A DNA stretch of 64,000 bases from Acidobacteriota bacterium (GCA_965209055.1 OZ242374.1:32001-96000); one strand, 5' to 3'. Shown: positions 1 to 10,305, counted from the stretch's first letter. The notes: generated by a model from the letters alone, not told the origin. Translations and numbers: made by a program.

Positions 1-377
1 TCGAGGATTTGGCCAAGGAGCACTCGGAGGGCCCCACCGCCAATCGGGGAGGGTCCATCGGGGCCTTCAAGCGGGGGTCCATGCAGGCGGTTCAGGAGGC
101 CGCCGTATCCAAGTTGAAAGAGGGGGAACACAGCGGCCTGATCGAGGCCGACTACGGTTTCCAGATCCTCAGGCTGTTGAAACGGAAACCGGCCCGGCAG
201 TTGGAGCTGGAAACGGTACGGAACCACATTGAACAACAGCTCTTCACGAAGAAGGCCGCGCCCCAGCTCAAGAAGTACGTGGAGAGCCTTCGGGAGGAGA
301 GCTTCATCTACGTCGATCCCAGTTACCTGAAGGATTTCGACGTGGAGGAACTGGGACTGACGACGATCGAATTTTAG
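1..377 (+). CDS. PpiC/SurA-type peptidyl-prolyl isomerase, 3' part (truncated by window edge)
   Basis: Parvulin-like motifs AKEHSEGPTANRGGSIG...SGLIEADYGFQIL, followed by a SurA-like C-terminal helix. Confidence 0.8.
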   Translation, partial: EDLAKEHSEGPTANRGGSIGAFKRGSMQAVQEAAVSKLKEGEHSGLIEADYGFQILRLLKRKPARQLELETVRNHIEQQLFTKKAAPQLKKYVESLREESFIYVDPSYLKDFDVEELGLTTIEF

Positions 378-445
378 GTCTTTGCAACGCCGCGTTCATC
401 ACGCCTGCCGGCGGCGTCCGCCGCCCGTCCCGGCCGCTCTCGAAC

Positions 446-1360
446 TCAGAGCCCCGCCCGCTTCTCCGCTCTCCGTTTGAACACCCACGAGATGACGATG
501 CTCACCAGGTAGAGCAGGACCATGGGGCCGCTCCAGAGGAACAGGTTGATGGCGTCCGTGGTGGGAGACACCACGGCCGCGACCATGACCATGAGGAGGA
601 AGGCGTAGCGGAAGTTCCTCCAGAGAAAGCCGGGAGTGATGAGTCCGAACATGGAGAGGAAGGCCACGATCACCGGAAGCTGAAAAATGGCGCCCATGCC
701 CAGAATGATGATCACCTCGAAATTGAAGTACTCGATGGCGGTGACCATGGGCTGGAAGGCTGCGCCGAACTGGTTGATCAGAAAATCCAGCGCCGTGGGG
801 AGGATGATGTAGTAGGCGAAAGTGCCGCCCAGCAGGACCAGCGCCGTTGACGAGACCAGGAAGGGGATGATGTAGCGCTTCTCCCGCTGGTACAGGCCCG
901 GAGCGATGAAGAGCCAGACCTGCGAGAGGATGGCCGGAGCGGCCAGGAAAACGGCCGCGACGAAGCAAACCTTCAGGTAGATCGTGAACGGTTCCGTCGG
1001 CTTGATATAGGTCAACTTCTCGATGCCGGCGTTCTTGATGGGTACGGACAGGAATTCGAAGATGGGCTCGCGGAAAACCCAGCAGCCGATGAAAGCGACC
1101 GCGACGGCGATCGCGCTCCAGAGAATGCGCTTTCGAAGCTCGTCCAGGTGCTCCAGAAAGGTCATCTTGGCGCCCAGTTCGTCCTCGTCGGGAGAATCCG
1201 GGTCGTCTTCGGCCTCTGCTGAGGCTACCGGCGTGGGAGGATCGGATGGAGGCGGGGAGGAACCGGAAGCGGGGACGATCTCCTGCCCGGCGTCTTCGGC
1301 CGCTTGAGACTCGGACGCGCTTGGGTCTTGGGGAGGAGCGGAACCCGGGGAGTCATTCAT
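446..1360 (-). CDS. tatC: Twin-arginine translocase subunit TatC
   Basis: MTFLEHLDELRKR, QVWLFIAPGLY and SPTTD motifs; multiple TM helices; adjacent to tatA; long acidic Pro-rich N-terminus. Confidence 0.95.
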   Translation of the reverse strand: MNDSPGSAPPQDPSASESQAAEDAGQEIVPASGSSPPPSDPPTPVASAEAEDDPDSPDEDELGAKMTFLEHLDELRKRILWSAIAVAVAFIGCWVFREPIFEFLSVPIKNAGIEKLTYIKPTEPFTIYLKVCFVAAVFLAAPAILSQVWLFIAPGLYQREKRYIIPFLVSSTALVLLGGTFAYYIILPTALDFLINQFGAAFQPMVTAIEYFNFEVIIILGMGAIFQLPVIVAFLSMFGLITPGFLWRNFRYAFLLMVMVAAVVSPTTDAINLFLWSGPMVLLYLVSIVISWVFKRRAEKRAGL

Positions 1361-1402
1361 GAAAGACGGTCGATTGGCTGAGCGGGAGCCACCGGGAGTC
1401 GA

Positions 1403-1618
1403 TCATGACGATTCGATATCTCGCTGGATCTTCTTCAACTCTTCGCTCTCGGCTCGAACCTCGTCTTCCCAGGTCCGCTTCAACTCGTTGGAAGCCCGCT
1501 TGAATTCGGCCAGGCTCTTGCCCAGAGACTTCCCCAGATCGGGAAGCTTCCGAGGGCCAAAGATCACAAGAGCGATGATGAAGATGATCACCACTTCCTG
1601 AAAGCCCAGATTCCACAT
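1403..1618 (-). CDS. tatA: Twin-arginine translocase TatA/TatE family subunit
   Basis: TM helix + FGPRKLPDLGKSLGKSLAEFK amphipathic helix. Confidence 0.93.
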   Translation of the reverse strand: MWNLGFQEVVIIFIIALVIFGPRKLPDLGKSLGKSLAEFKRASNELKRTWEDEVRAESEELKKIQRDIESS

Positions 1619-1756
1619 AGTTGCCTCGTCTCGCTGAAGGAAAATAGTAAGTCACCGCGTCAAATCAAGTCAACCGGCAAGGACCCGCGCAGGCGCCGGG
1701 ACCGCCGTCATGAAGCCGTCCCGGGATGCGGACCGGGTCGGCGGCCGCGGCGACTT

Positions 1757-3505
1757 TTGCCACGGACACTAAATGTTATACTGCCCGGCAACCAGCGCCA
1801 TTCGGCGGTCTTGGGAAGATCTGGACGGAAAGGGCTCGGAAACTTGGACTACTCTGGAGACCGGTCGAACAAGGGGCTGGGTATTTTTCTGGTCCTGGCG
1901 ATCCTGGTCGTCACCCTCCTCGGTGGCTGGCTGGGAGAGAAGGTCAGCGCCGGCGCACCGCTCGAAGAAGATACCCACAGGCTGCTGAAGGCCTTCACGG
2001 CCACGTTGGATCGTATCCACTCGGACTACGCCCGCGAGGTGGATGGGGACCGCCTGATCGAAAGTTCCATTCGCGGTCTTCTGCGATCCCTCGATCCCCA
2101 CAGTTCGTTTTTCTCCCGGGCCGACTACAGCAAGCTCCAGGAAGAACAGAAGGGCAAATACTACGGGCTGGGGATCAGCATCAAGGCGGAATCCCCGGGG
2201 AGCGGACGCGTGGTGGTGGAAAAACCTCCCTCCGTCGGCACGCCGGCCTACAAGGCGGGCATCCAGGTCGGCGACGTGATCTCCAAAATCCGAGGCGAAT
2301 CGATCGAGGACTGGGACCTTCTGGAAGAGGTCATCCCCAACCTGAAGGGTCCCAAGGGGACCACGGTCCAGATCACCATCGAGCGTCCCGGAGTCCCGGA
2401 ACCGATCGAAATGACCGTGGAACGGGACGAGATCCCCATGTACACGATCGAGTTCGCGTTCTACCTCCCGAACGAGATCGGCTATGTGAAGATCAAGAAG
2501 TTCTCCGAGACCACGGGTGAGGAACTGAACGAAGCGCTGAAGCGGCTGGACGAATCCAGGCTCCAGGCCTTGATCCTGGATCTGCGCGACAATCCCGGCG
2601 GCGCCCTCAACCAGGCGATCCAGGTTGCCGACCGGTTTCTCTCCAAGGGACAACTGGTGGTCCGGACTCGAATGCGAAAGGGAAGAGGCCACGAATACGT
2701 GGCGCCCAAGGGTCGCGATCATGTCTATCCCATGGTCGTCCTCATCGACCGCAACAGCGCCAGCGCCAGTGAAATCGTGGCCGGCGCGCTGCAGGACCAT
2801 GACCGCGCCCTGATCGTGGGCGAGACCAGCTTCGGCAAGGCCCTGGTCCAGACCATCTATCCATTGGAGCAGAACCGGGGCCTGGCCCTGACCACCGGCA
2901 AGTACTACACCCCGAGCGACCGGCTCATCCAGCGCAGCTATTCGGACAGCTTTTACGAGTACTTTTCGGGCCGGCGCGATAGTTCTTCGTCGGAACGGAC
3001 CGAGCACAAGACCGACAGCGGGAGGCCCGTCTACGGTGGAGGCGGCATCACTCCGGATGAGGAGGTTTCCCGGCCGGCGCATCCCAAGATCGTGCGTCAA
3101 CTGGGCCTCAAGGGCATTTTCCGTCAGTTCGTGGAAAAGCTGTCCCAGGGGGATCTCGATCCCAAATATCGTTTCCCCAGGCAGTTGGAACGGTGGAACG
3201 ATCTTGCGGAAGCGGAGAAAGACCGGCTTCGGCAGCAGCATCGGGTGACCGACAAGATTCTCAACCGTTTCCGGCAATATCTCGACGACGAGAAGATCGT
3301 CTACAATCACGCCGATTTCGACGACAACCGGCAACTGATCAAGACCCTTCTGGAACAGCAGCTCATGACTCGGGTCCTGAGTGAGGAAGAAGGCCAGAGG
3401 GTCCGATTGAGCATCGACAAGATGCTGCGAAGGGCCATCGAGCTCCTTCCCCGGGCGAAATCTCTCTTCGACAACGTCGTCGCCCTCAAGCAGAGCGATA
3501 CCTAG
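1757..3505 (+). CDS. S41 family C-terminal processing peptidase (PDZ + S41); true start probably slightly downstream
   Basis: LDPHS, GLGI (PDZ), DLRDNPGG, SASASEIVAGALQD, GETSFGK motifs. Confidence 0.93.
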   Translation: MPRTLNVILPGNQRHSAVLGRSGRKGLGNLDYSGDRSNKGLGIFLVLAILVVTLLGGWLGEKVSAGAPLEEDTHRLLKAFTATLDRIHSDYAREVDGDRLIESSIRGLLRSLDPHSSFFSRADYSKLQEEQKGKYYGLGISIKAESPGSGRVVVEKPPSVGTPAYKAGIQVGDVISKIRGESIEDWDLLEEVIPNLKGPKGTTVQITIERPGVPEPIEMTVERDEIPMYTIEFAFYLPNEIGYVKIKKFSETTGEELNEALKRLDESRLQALILDLRDNPGGALNQAIQVADRFLSKGQLVVRTRMRKGRGHEYVAPKGRDHVYPMVVLIDRNSASASEIVAGALQDHDRALIVGETSFGKALVQTIYPLEQNRGLALTTGKYYTPSDRLIQRSYSDSFYEYFSGRRDSSSSERTEHKTDSGRPVYGGGGITPDEEVSRPAHPKIVRQLGLKGIFRQFVEKLSQGDLDPKYRFPRQLERWNDLAEAEKDRLRQQHRVTDKILNRFRQYLDDEKIVYNHADFDDNRQLIKTLLEQQLMTRVLSEEEGQRVRLSIDKMLRRAIELLPRAKSLFDNVVALKQSDT

Positions 3506-3513
3506 AGATCGAA

Positions 3514-5259
3514 ATGGCTCGGCCGGAAGCTGGAACAGACCGGGAATGGTTTTCTGCGCGGAATTTTGAGCCTTCCCCCCGGCAGGGGCGCGCATTTCGA
3601 CGATACTTGATCCGGAACGTTGCTGCCCTGGCCGCCGTGGCCCTGCTTTCCGGCTGTAGTTCCCAGCGTCGAGTCACCGTTCCCGATCCCACCGGCAGTT
3701 CACCGGTAGCCGCAGATCGCCCGGCCGCCCATACCGCAGACGAGGCGCCGGAGCCGGATCCGGAGATCCAACGGAAGCTGGCCGAGAATCGCGTGAGGGA
3801 GCGGATCCAGTCTTCCAGGGAGCTCTACCGGGAGGGAGAGTCGCTGTTCAACCAGGGACAGCAGGACGGCGGCGGCTACTTCGAGAGAGCGCTGGATCAA
3901 CTGCGCGAGCCCGCCGCGTCGCCCCTTCTGAACGGTCAATTGGAACAGGCGTATTTCTCCCTGTTGGGCAGGATCGAGGATCTGCGGCTGGATGACCTGG
4001 ACAGCGTCCCCGATGAGGACAGTTCCATCGAATGGCTGGCCAACCGCAACGTCTTCACCATTCGGGTGGACCCGAAGTTGAAGCATCTGGCCAGCGAGGA
4101 CCTGCTCACGTCGCAATTCGACGTCCCCGTGGTCCTCAATGAACGGGTGCTCCGATTCCTGACCTACTACCGGACGCGCGGACGGGTCTTCATGGAGCGG
4201 GGGCTGCAGCGGTCGGGCCGTTACCTGGAAATGTTCAAGGCGGTGTTCCGCCAAGAGGGGGTCCCCCTGGATCTGGTCTACCTGGCCCACATCGAGAGCC
4301 TCTTCCGGCCCCAGGCGCTGTCGAGGGCGCGGGCAAAAGGCATCTGGCAGTTCATCCGGGGAACCGGACGCCTGTACGGCCTCAGGCAGGACTGGTGGAT
4401 CGACGAACGTTCCGACATCCTGAAATCCACCGTTGCCGCCGCCCGGTATCTGAAACACCTCTACGGCGAGTTCGGGGACTGGTATCTGGCCATGGCCGGA
4501 TACAACTGCGGTCCCCGGAGAATCGAGCGCAATCTGCGGCGCTACGGGCGCATCGACTACTGGGAGATGGCCCGGCGGCGCCTTCTGCCCCGGGAGACCA
4601 GGAATTACGTGCCCTCCTACCTGGCGGCCGCCATCATTTTCAAGAATCCGGCCCGGTACGGCTTCCACGTCGAACGTGACCCGGAGCTGAGATTCGAAAT
4701 GGTTCCCATGGAGCACCAGGTGGATCTGGATACGCTGGCCGAACTCATGGAGGTCCCGGCCCAACTGCTGGACGACCTCAATCCGGAGCTGAGGAGGCGA
4801 GTGACCCCCCACAAGCTCCCTGGCTATCGGATGAAGGTGCCGGTCGGCATGGGAGCGATGGTTCAGGAAAAGGTGGCCCAGCTTCCACCCGAGAAAAGGA
4901 TCCGGCTCAGCCACCACCAGGTCCGCAAGGGAGAGACACTGTCGCTGATCGCCCGCCGTTACTCCACGTCGATTCAGGCCATCGCTCAGGCCAATCGGCT
5001 CCGCAACATCCATCGGCTCCGGATCGGACAGGAGCTGGCCATTCCACTGTTCCCTTCCGCCAGGACCGGCGCGGCTCGAAGAGGGGGTTCGGCGGTCCGC
5101 CGTTCCGATTCGTCGGGGCCGCACGTCGTCAGCCGCGGCGACACGCTCTACGCCATCGCCCGCGCTTATGGCGTGAAACTCAAGGACCTGCTCCGCTGGA
5201 ACAATCTGAGTCCGAGGCAGCGGATCTTTCCGGGTCAGAAGATCCTGGTTTCACCGTAG
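3514..5259 (+). CDS. MltD-like lytic murein transglycosylase lipoprotein with LysM domains
   Basis: Lipobox LLSGC; SLT motifs IES, GIWQF, GYNCG, ETRNYV; two C-terminal LysM repeats. Confidence 0.92.
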   Translation: MARPEAGTDREWFSARNFEPSPRQGRAFRRYLIRNVAALAAVALLSGCSSQRRVTVPDPTGSSPVAADRPAAHTADEAPEPDPEIQRKLAENRVRERIQSSRELYREGESLFNQGQQDGGGYFERALDQLREPAASPLLNGQLEQAYFSLLGRIEDLRLDDLDSVPDEDSSIEWLANRNVFTIRVDPKLKHLASEDLLTSQFDVPVVLNERVLRFLTYYRTRGRVFMERGLQRSGRYLEMFKAVFRQEGVPLDLVYLAHIESLFRPQALSRARAKGIWQFIRGTGRLYGLRQDWWIDERSDILKSTVAAARYLKHLYGEFGDWYLAMAGYNCGPRRIERNLRRYGRIDYWEMARRRLLPRETRNYVPSYLAAAIIFKNPARYGFHVERDPELRFEMVPMEHQVDLDTLAELMEVPAQLLDDLNPELRRRVTPHKLPGYRMKVPVGMGAMVQEKVAQLPPEKRIRLSHHQVRKGETLSLIARRYSTSIQAIAQANRLRNIHRLRIGQELAIPLFPSARTGAARRGGSAVRRSDSSGPHVVSRGDTLYAIARAYGVKLKDLLRWNNLSPRQRIFPGQKILVSP

Positions 5260-5312
5260 GTAGGAGGGGGGACATTCCTGTCCCCCATTGGAGAGGCGGT
5301 TTTCCTACCGCC
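5260..5312. repeat. Two REP-like palindromes between convergent genes (possible bidirectional terminator)
   Basis: GGGGGACA-TTCC-TGTCCCCC (5267-5286) and GGCGGT-TTTCCT-ACCGCC (5295-5312), preceded by GTAG. Confidence 0.55.
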
Positions 5313-5366
5313 CGTCTTCATCGTTGTTGTGCGAGTCGGTAGGGGAGAAGCGTAGAGGTGGAGAAG

Positions 5367-6566
5367 TCATCTTTCGTCGCGGACCAGCTTCTCGGTCTCG
5401 CGGGCGATGACCAGTTCCTCGTTGGCCAGGATCACCAGAACCTGGGCCGGGGATCCGGGTGCGGAGATGCATCCCTCGCGGCCCCGGGAGTCGTTGGCGC
5501 CAGGGTCCAGGCGGATTCCCAGGAACTCCAACCCGCGACAGATCTTGCGGCGGATGGCGATGCCGTTTTCTCCGATGCCGCCGGTGAACACGAGGGCGTC
5601 GAGTCCCCCCAGCACCGCCGCGTAGGCGCCGATGTACTTGCGGGTCTCGTGCACCATCACATCCAGGGCCAGCGCGGCTCTCGAGTGTCCCTGTCCTGCC
5701 GCTTCCTCCAGGTCCCGCACATCGCCGCTCACCCCGGAGATTCCCTTGAGGCCGCCGTCCTTCACCAGCCGGTCCCGCAGTTGGGCAGGGGTGAGTTTCT
5801 CCTTGTCCAGGAGATAGAGAAGCACGAACGGGTCAAGATCGCCGTTTCTGGTGGCGTTGGGCAGACCGGACTGGGGAGAGAAGCCCATGCTGGTCTCCAC
5901 CGAGACGCCCCCTTTGAGGGCGCAGACGCTGGAGCTGCCCCCGAGGTGACAGGAGACGATGCGCAGCTCGCGATCCGGATTTCCCAGTAGTTCCGGCGCC
6001 CGCAGGGAGACATAGCGATGGGACGCTCCGTGGAAGCCGTAGCGGCGAATGGCGTGCCTCCGGGACCATTCGTAAGGAATGCCGTAGGTTCGGGCGGGCT
6101 CGGGGATGGTCTTGTGGAACGCGGGCTCGAAGACACCCACAAGCGGTTTCTCAGGCAGTATTTCCTGGAATATCCGAAACGCCTGGATGTACGGCGGATT
6201 GTGAGCCGGCGCCAGAGGCGTGTACTCCTCCATGGCGGCGATGATCTGATCCGTGATGAAGACCGAATCGGCGATCCCCTTGGCATGGACCGGTTTGAAT
6301 CCCACGGCGTCCAGTTCTTCCAAGCTGTTCAGGACCCCGGTTTCCGGGTCGGTCAACAGCTTGAGAGCGTGGTCGACGGCCGCTCGCTGGTCGGGACACT
6401 TCAGTTTCCCCTTCAGCTCCGGTTCCCGGCCGCGCCGATAGTTGAAGGGAGAGGACCGGCTGCCCACCCGCTCCATCCTCCCGGCGGCCAGGATCTCTTC
6501 ATCCTCCATTCGGAAGAGGCGGAACTTGAGGGATGTGGACCCGACGTTGACGACCAGAACCTGCAT
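5367..6566 (-). CDS. ackA: Acetate/propionate family kinase (divergent)
   Basis: NVGSTSLKF, APAHNP, RRYGFHGASH, CHLGGSSS, FTGGIGEN, NEEL motifs. Confidence 0.9.
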   Translation of the reverse strand: MQVLVVNVGSTSLKFRLFRMEDEEILAAGRMERVGSRSSPFNYRRGREPELKGKLKCPDQRAAVDHALKLLTDPETGVLNSLEELDAVGFKPVHAKGIADSVFITDQIIAAMEEYTPLAPAHNPPYIQAFRIFQEILPEKPLVGVFEPAFHKTIPEPARTYGIPYEWSRRHAIRRYGFHGASHRYVSLRAPELLGNPDRELRIVSCHLGGSSSVCALKGGVSVETSMGFSPQSGLPNATRNGDLDPFVLLYLLDKEKLTPAQLRDRLVKDGGLKGISGVSGDVRDLEEAAGQGHSRAALALDVMVHETRKYIGAYAAVLGGLDALVFTGGIGENGIAIRRKICRGLEFLGIRLDPGANDSRGREGCISAPGSPAQVLVILANEELVIARETEKLVRDER

Positions 6567-6585
6567 GGCGGGAGTCCGATCCCGG

Positions 6586-7497
6586 TCAGCCGGCGGCGTA
6601 TTGGGCGACCAGCCGACCGATGGCGATGGAACGTATCTTGGTTTCCGGAGTTTCGGCCCGGGAGAGAAGTATCAAGGGGACCTTGGCCCCGACCACGATT
6701 CCACCCGATTCCCCGCCGGCCATGTAGAGAATGGCCCGGTAGAGAATGTTCGCGGCTTCGATGTCGGGAGCGATGAAGATGTCCGTGTTCTCGACCAGAG
6801 GAGTCTCGATCCCCTTGCGGTCGGCCGCAAACCGGCTCATGGGGACGTCCAGGGCGATGGGACCCTCCAGGTAGGCGCCCGTCAACTGGCCTCTCCGGTT
6901 CATCATGGTCAGAGCCGCCGCGTCCACCGTGGCCGGCATGGCGGGGTTGACGAACTCCAGAGCGCAGAGGAGCGCAACGTTGGGCTCCTCGATGCCCAGG
7001 GCGTGGGCGACGTGAATGGCGTTGCGGCAGATCTCCGCTTTTTGGGCCAGTTCGGGGGCCAGGTTGATGGCGGCGTCGGTCATGATCATGAGACGGTCGA
7101 TCCCGGGCACCTGAAAGACGATGACCTGGCTCAACTGGCGGCCGGTCCGGAGGCCCTTCTCCCGGTTCAGGACCGCGCGAATCAGCACGGAGGTGTTGAT
7201 CTTCCCCTTCATCAGGAGATCTGCGGCACCCTCCCGAACCAGCCCAATGGCCTGGAGGGCCGCCGCGCTCTCATCCGGTTGGTGGATCAATTGTCCGGAG
7301 CCGAGGCGGAGTCCGGCGGCCGACGCCGCGGGCTCGATCTTTTTCCGATCGCCCACCAGCACTGCCTCGGCCAGGCCCATCTCGCGAGCCAACTGGAGCG
7401 ACTCGATGACGTCCGGGTCGTGGCCCGCGGCCACGGCGATCCGCGCCGGACCCAGTGCGATGGCGGCCTCGACCAGAGCATCCAGGTTACGAAACAT
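6586..7497 (-). CDS. Phosphate butyryl/acetyltransferase (PTA_PTB family)
   Basis: LMKGKINT, TDAAINLAP, EGPIALD, PDIEAANILY, SRAE motifs; co-oriented upstream of ackA. Confidence 0.88.
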   Translation of the reverse strand: MFRNLDALVEAAIALGPARIAVAAGHDPDVIESLQLAREMGLAEAVLVGDRKKIEPAASAAGLRLGSGQLIHQPDESAAALQAIGLVREGAADLLMKGKINTSVLIRAVLNREKGLRTGRQLSQVIVFQVPGIDRLMIMTDAAINLAPELAQKAEICRNAIHVAHALGIEEPNVALLCALEFVNPAMPATVDAAALTMMNRRGQLTGAYLEGPIALDVPMSRFAADRKGIETPLVENTDIFIAPDIEAANILYRAILYMAGGESGGIVVGAKVPLILLSRAETPETKIRSIAIGRLVAQYAAG

Positions 7498-7550
7498 CTT
7501 TCACTGCTCCTCCGTTTGATTCCGGACCCGGGTGGAATTCCGGCGGCGCT

Positions 7551-8771
7551 TCAGGATCCCAGCACCTCGCCGGCGATGGAATCGAACTCCTCGTCCGTCA
7601 GCAGCGCCTTGTTCCGGATCGAGACCTGCTTGACGCGATCCACGATCTCCTTGGTCTGTTCGGCGTCGGCGCTCAAGCCCCGGGCTTCCAGGACCTCTTC
7701 CACGTTGGCCAGGCCGGCGCCCTTGCCCAGGGCGATCTCGACGCCGGGACGGCCGACCACCTGGGGAAGAAAAGGAATGTACTCCAAGGGCTCCACGTTC
7801 TTGCAGCGCCGGTGGAACATGGCCACGATGCCCGATTCGATCTTGTACAGGGAATCGCCGACGATGGGCCGGTTGGGCGGCAGTTGGACGTTGGACAGTC
7901 TCTGCACCAGCTTGGAGAGTTCGTAGAATCCCTCCGTTCTCACGCCGACATCGACACCGTAGAGCACCTTCAGGGCCATGACCGTGTCCTCCAGGGGCAC
8001 GTTTCCGGCCCTTTCCCCAAGGGCCGACACGGTGACGTGGGCCACCGAAGCTCCGTTGGAGAGAGCGGCGATGGTGTTGGCGACGCCGAGGCCGAAATCC
8101 TCATGGCAATGGATCTCGATGGGCTGATTGAAACGGGCCTTGAGCTTCTTGAGCACCATGGCGATCCCCTCCGGAGAGCAGGCGCCGAAGGAGTCGGCCA
8201 GGGTCAGGGCGTCCATGTGCCCTTCGGTGGAGACCCGCTCGATCAGGTCCATGTAGCGGTCCAGGTCCGAACGGGTGCTGTCGATGGTGAAGAAGACGGT
8301 GTAGAGTCCTGCCTCCTTGGCGGCCAGGGTGGTGTCGATGGAGGCCTTGACCGCCCAGTCCATGTCCTTGCCGTAGGCGTTGGCGATGATGTGATCGCTG
8401 GAGGGGATTTCGGTGATGATCCCGTGGACACCGCAGTCCTTGGCCTGCTTGACGTCCGCAGGCATGCAGCGGGCGAAAGAGAAGATCTCCGAATCCAGGC
8501 CCAGGGCGACGATGTCCTTGATGGCCGCCTCGTCTTCGTCGGAGACGGCCGGCATGCCGGCCTCGATTCGATGGACGCCGGCTGCCGCCAGCTTCTTGGC
8601 GATGGCCACCTTCTCGTCCCGCCGGAACACGATTCCCGTCTGCTGCTCGCCATCGCGGAGGGTCACGTCGTGAATGCGGATCTGGTCGGGAAAGTTGAGA
8701 TCCTGACGGGCTTCCTGCGAGAAATTCCAGGGGCTGGCAAACCAGTTGTCCGTTTTCCACTCTTGAGTCAT
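7551..8771 (-). CDS. DRE-TIM metallolyase (homocitrate/isopropylmalate/citramalate synthase-like), no C-terminal regulatory domain
   Basis: DVTLRDGEQ, HCHEDFG, GERAGN motifs. Confidence 0.85.
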   Translation of the reverse strand: MTQEWKTDNWFASPWNFSQEARQDLNFPDQIRIHDVTLRDGEQQTGIVFRRDEKVAIAKKLAAAGVHRIEAGMPAVSDEDEAAIKDIVALGLDSEIFSFARCMPADVKQAKDCGVHGIITEIPSSDHIIANAYGKDMDWAVKASIDTTLAAKEAGLYTVFFTIDSTRSDLDRYMDLIERVSTEGHMDALTLADSFGACSPEGIAMVLKKLKARFNQPIEIHCHEDFGLGVANTIAALSNGASVAHVTVSALGERAGNVPLEDTVMALKVLYGVDVGVRTEGFYELSKLVQRLSNVQLPPNRPIVGDSLYKIESGIVAMFHRRCKNVEPLEYIPFLPQVVGRPGVEIALGKGAGLANVEEVLEARGLSADAEQTKEIVDRVKQVSIRNKALLTDEEFDSIAGEVLGS

Positions 8772-8949
8772 GCGAAGTTCCTCCCGGACGAGACACAGGG
8801 AACGAGCCCTGAAACGTTACTGTTCGGTTGCTCGAAGTACGGGACGGCGCCGATTGCGTACGAGTATCCGGGCCGACCTCCGTCTCGAAAGAGCATGTAT
8901 CATAGCATGGACAAAAGGCGAGGGAAGTCGAGGAGACAAACACGGGGAA

Positions 8950-10305
8950 GTGTTGAGCAGAAAGGGTCCCGACTGGCTCCTGGGAGAGCTTCCCGAACTG
9001 GTGTCGCGCGGGATTCTGACCACGGATGCAGCCGATCGGCTGCGCTCCCATTACCACGACGCCGGAAGGCCCGCCGCTCGCCAGCTCGGCCTGACCGTCA
9101 CCGCGGTTTTCGGTTCCGCCCTGATCGGTCTCGGGGTCATCCTGGTTCTGGCGTACAACTGGGAGGAGCTCTCCAGGCCGCTCCGCGCCGCAATCTCCTT
9201 CTCGATTCTGATGGGCGCTCAAGGGGCTGCCGGATGGGTGGTTTTCCGTTCCGTCCTTTCCCGGTCCTGGCGCGAAGGGACGGCCTGCTTCTGGTTTCTG
9301 GCCGTGGGGTCCGCCATGGCCCTCATCGCACAGACCTACCATATTCCCGGAGACCCCGGCCGCTTCCTCCTGACCTGGATGCTGCTGGCGGTGCCGCTCG
9401 TCTATCTGACGGGAGCGGGATCGGCCGCGGCGCTCTATCTGGTAGGGGTAACGGCGCTGGGAGGGGTCGAGGCGGACGCCGGGGAAGGCCCCCTCCTCTA
9501 CTGGGTCATGCTGGCGCTGGTTGCACCCTATCTCGGGTCACTGCTGCGGGGGGACCGGCAGAGCGCAGGAACCGTTCTCCTGCTCTGGATCGGCGCCGTC
9601 TCCCTCGGTTTCGGATTCGGTTTCACCCTCTCGGAGTCTTGGGAACACCTGCATCTGGCCGCTTACGCGGGGCTGTTCTCCGTCTTGTACCTGGTGGGCC
9701 GGATCTGGTTCGGAGGGGCTCCCCGCGTTTGGCAGGGGCCCCTGCAATGCGTCGGCGGACTGGGAATCTTCGTGATGGCCTTCCGGTTCTCCTACGGCGA
9801 CGCTTGGCAACATCTCGGACGGATTGGCGCTGGGGAGTGGAATTGGACGGATGCCGCGCCGGGGATGGTGCTCATCGGAACCTGCCTGTCGCTGTCCGTG
9901 ATCCTGGGCTGGTTCAGCCTGTTCCAGGGCCGTCCGCAGAGGCTGCTCTGGGGTGCCTTCGGCGCGGTTGCATTGCTTGCCCATGGTCTGATGCTGGCGC
10001 TGGAGTCCACGCTGGTCCCGGTGTTTCTGTTGAATCTCTATTTGCTGGCCGCCGGAGTCTCGGTTCTGGTTCGCGGCGTCCGCCGGGCGAGAATCGGGAT
10101 CGTCAATCTCGGAATGCTCATTCTGGCGGCGCTCATGGGGGCCAGATTCTTCGACACCGATTTGGGACTCATGGTCCGCGGGATCGGCTTCATTCTTCTG
10201 GGCGCCGCCTTCCTGTCGGCAAACGCCTTTCTGGTCCGCCGTTTTCGCGGCCTCCGGCGCTCGGAAGACGAGCCGGAACAACAGACGCCGGGGGTGGGGG
10301 CATGA
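8950..10305 (+). CDS. DUF2157 family membrane protein
   Basis: WL..EL..LV.RGI N-terminus, G..LIGLGVILVLAYNW, ALIAQTYHI; many TM helices; start estimated at GTG 8950. Confidence 0.8.
   Translation: MLSRKGPDWLLGELPELVSRGILTTDAADRLRSHYHDAGRPAARQLGLTVTAVFGSALIGLGVILVLAYNWEELSRPLRAAISFSILMGAQGAAGWVVFRSVLSRSWREGTACFWFLAVGSAMALIAQTYHIPGDPGRFLLTWMLLAVPLVYLTGAGSAAALYLVGVTALGGVEADAGEGPLLYWVMLALVAPYLGSLLRGDRQSAGTVLLLWIGAVSLGFGFGFTLSESWEHLHLAAYAGLFSVLYLVGRIWFGGAPRVWQGPLQCVGGLGIFVMAFRFSYGDAWQHLGRIGAGEWNWTDAAPGMVLIGTCLSLSVILGWFSLFQGRPQRLLWGAFGAVALLAHGLMLALESTLVPVFLLNLYLLAAGVSVLVRGVRRARIGIVNLGMLILAALMGARFFDTDLGLMVRGIGFILLGAAFLSANAFLVRRFRGLRRSEDEPEQQTPGVGA

Noticed and set aside
7455-10301. 1136-aa ORF 7455..10865 as a single protein
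   Set aside because: Mostly shadow of the DRE-TIM gene (antisense) and the DUF2157 gene (other frame); only the last ~187 codons look real.
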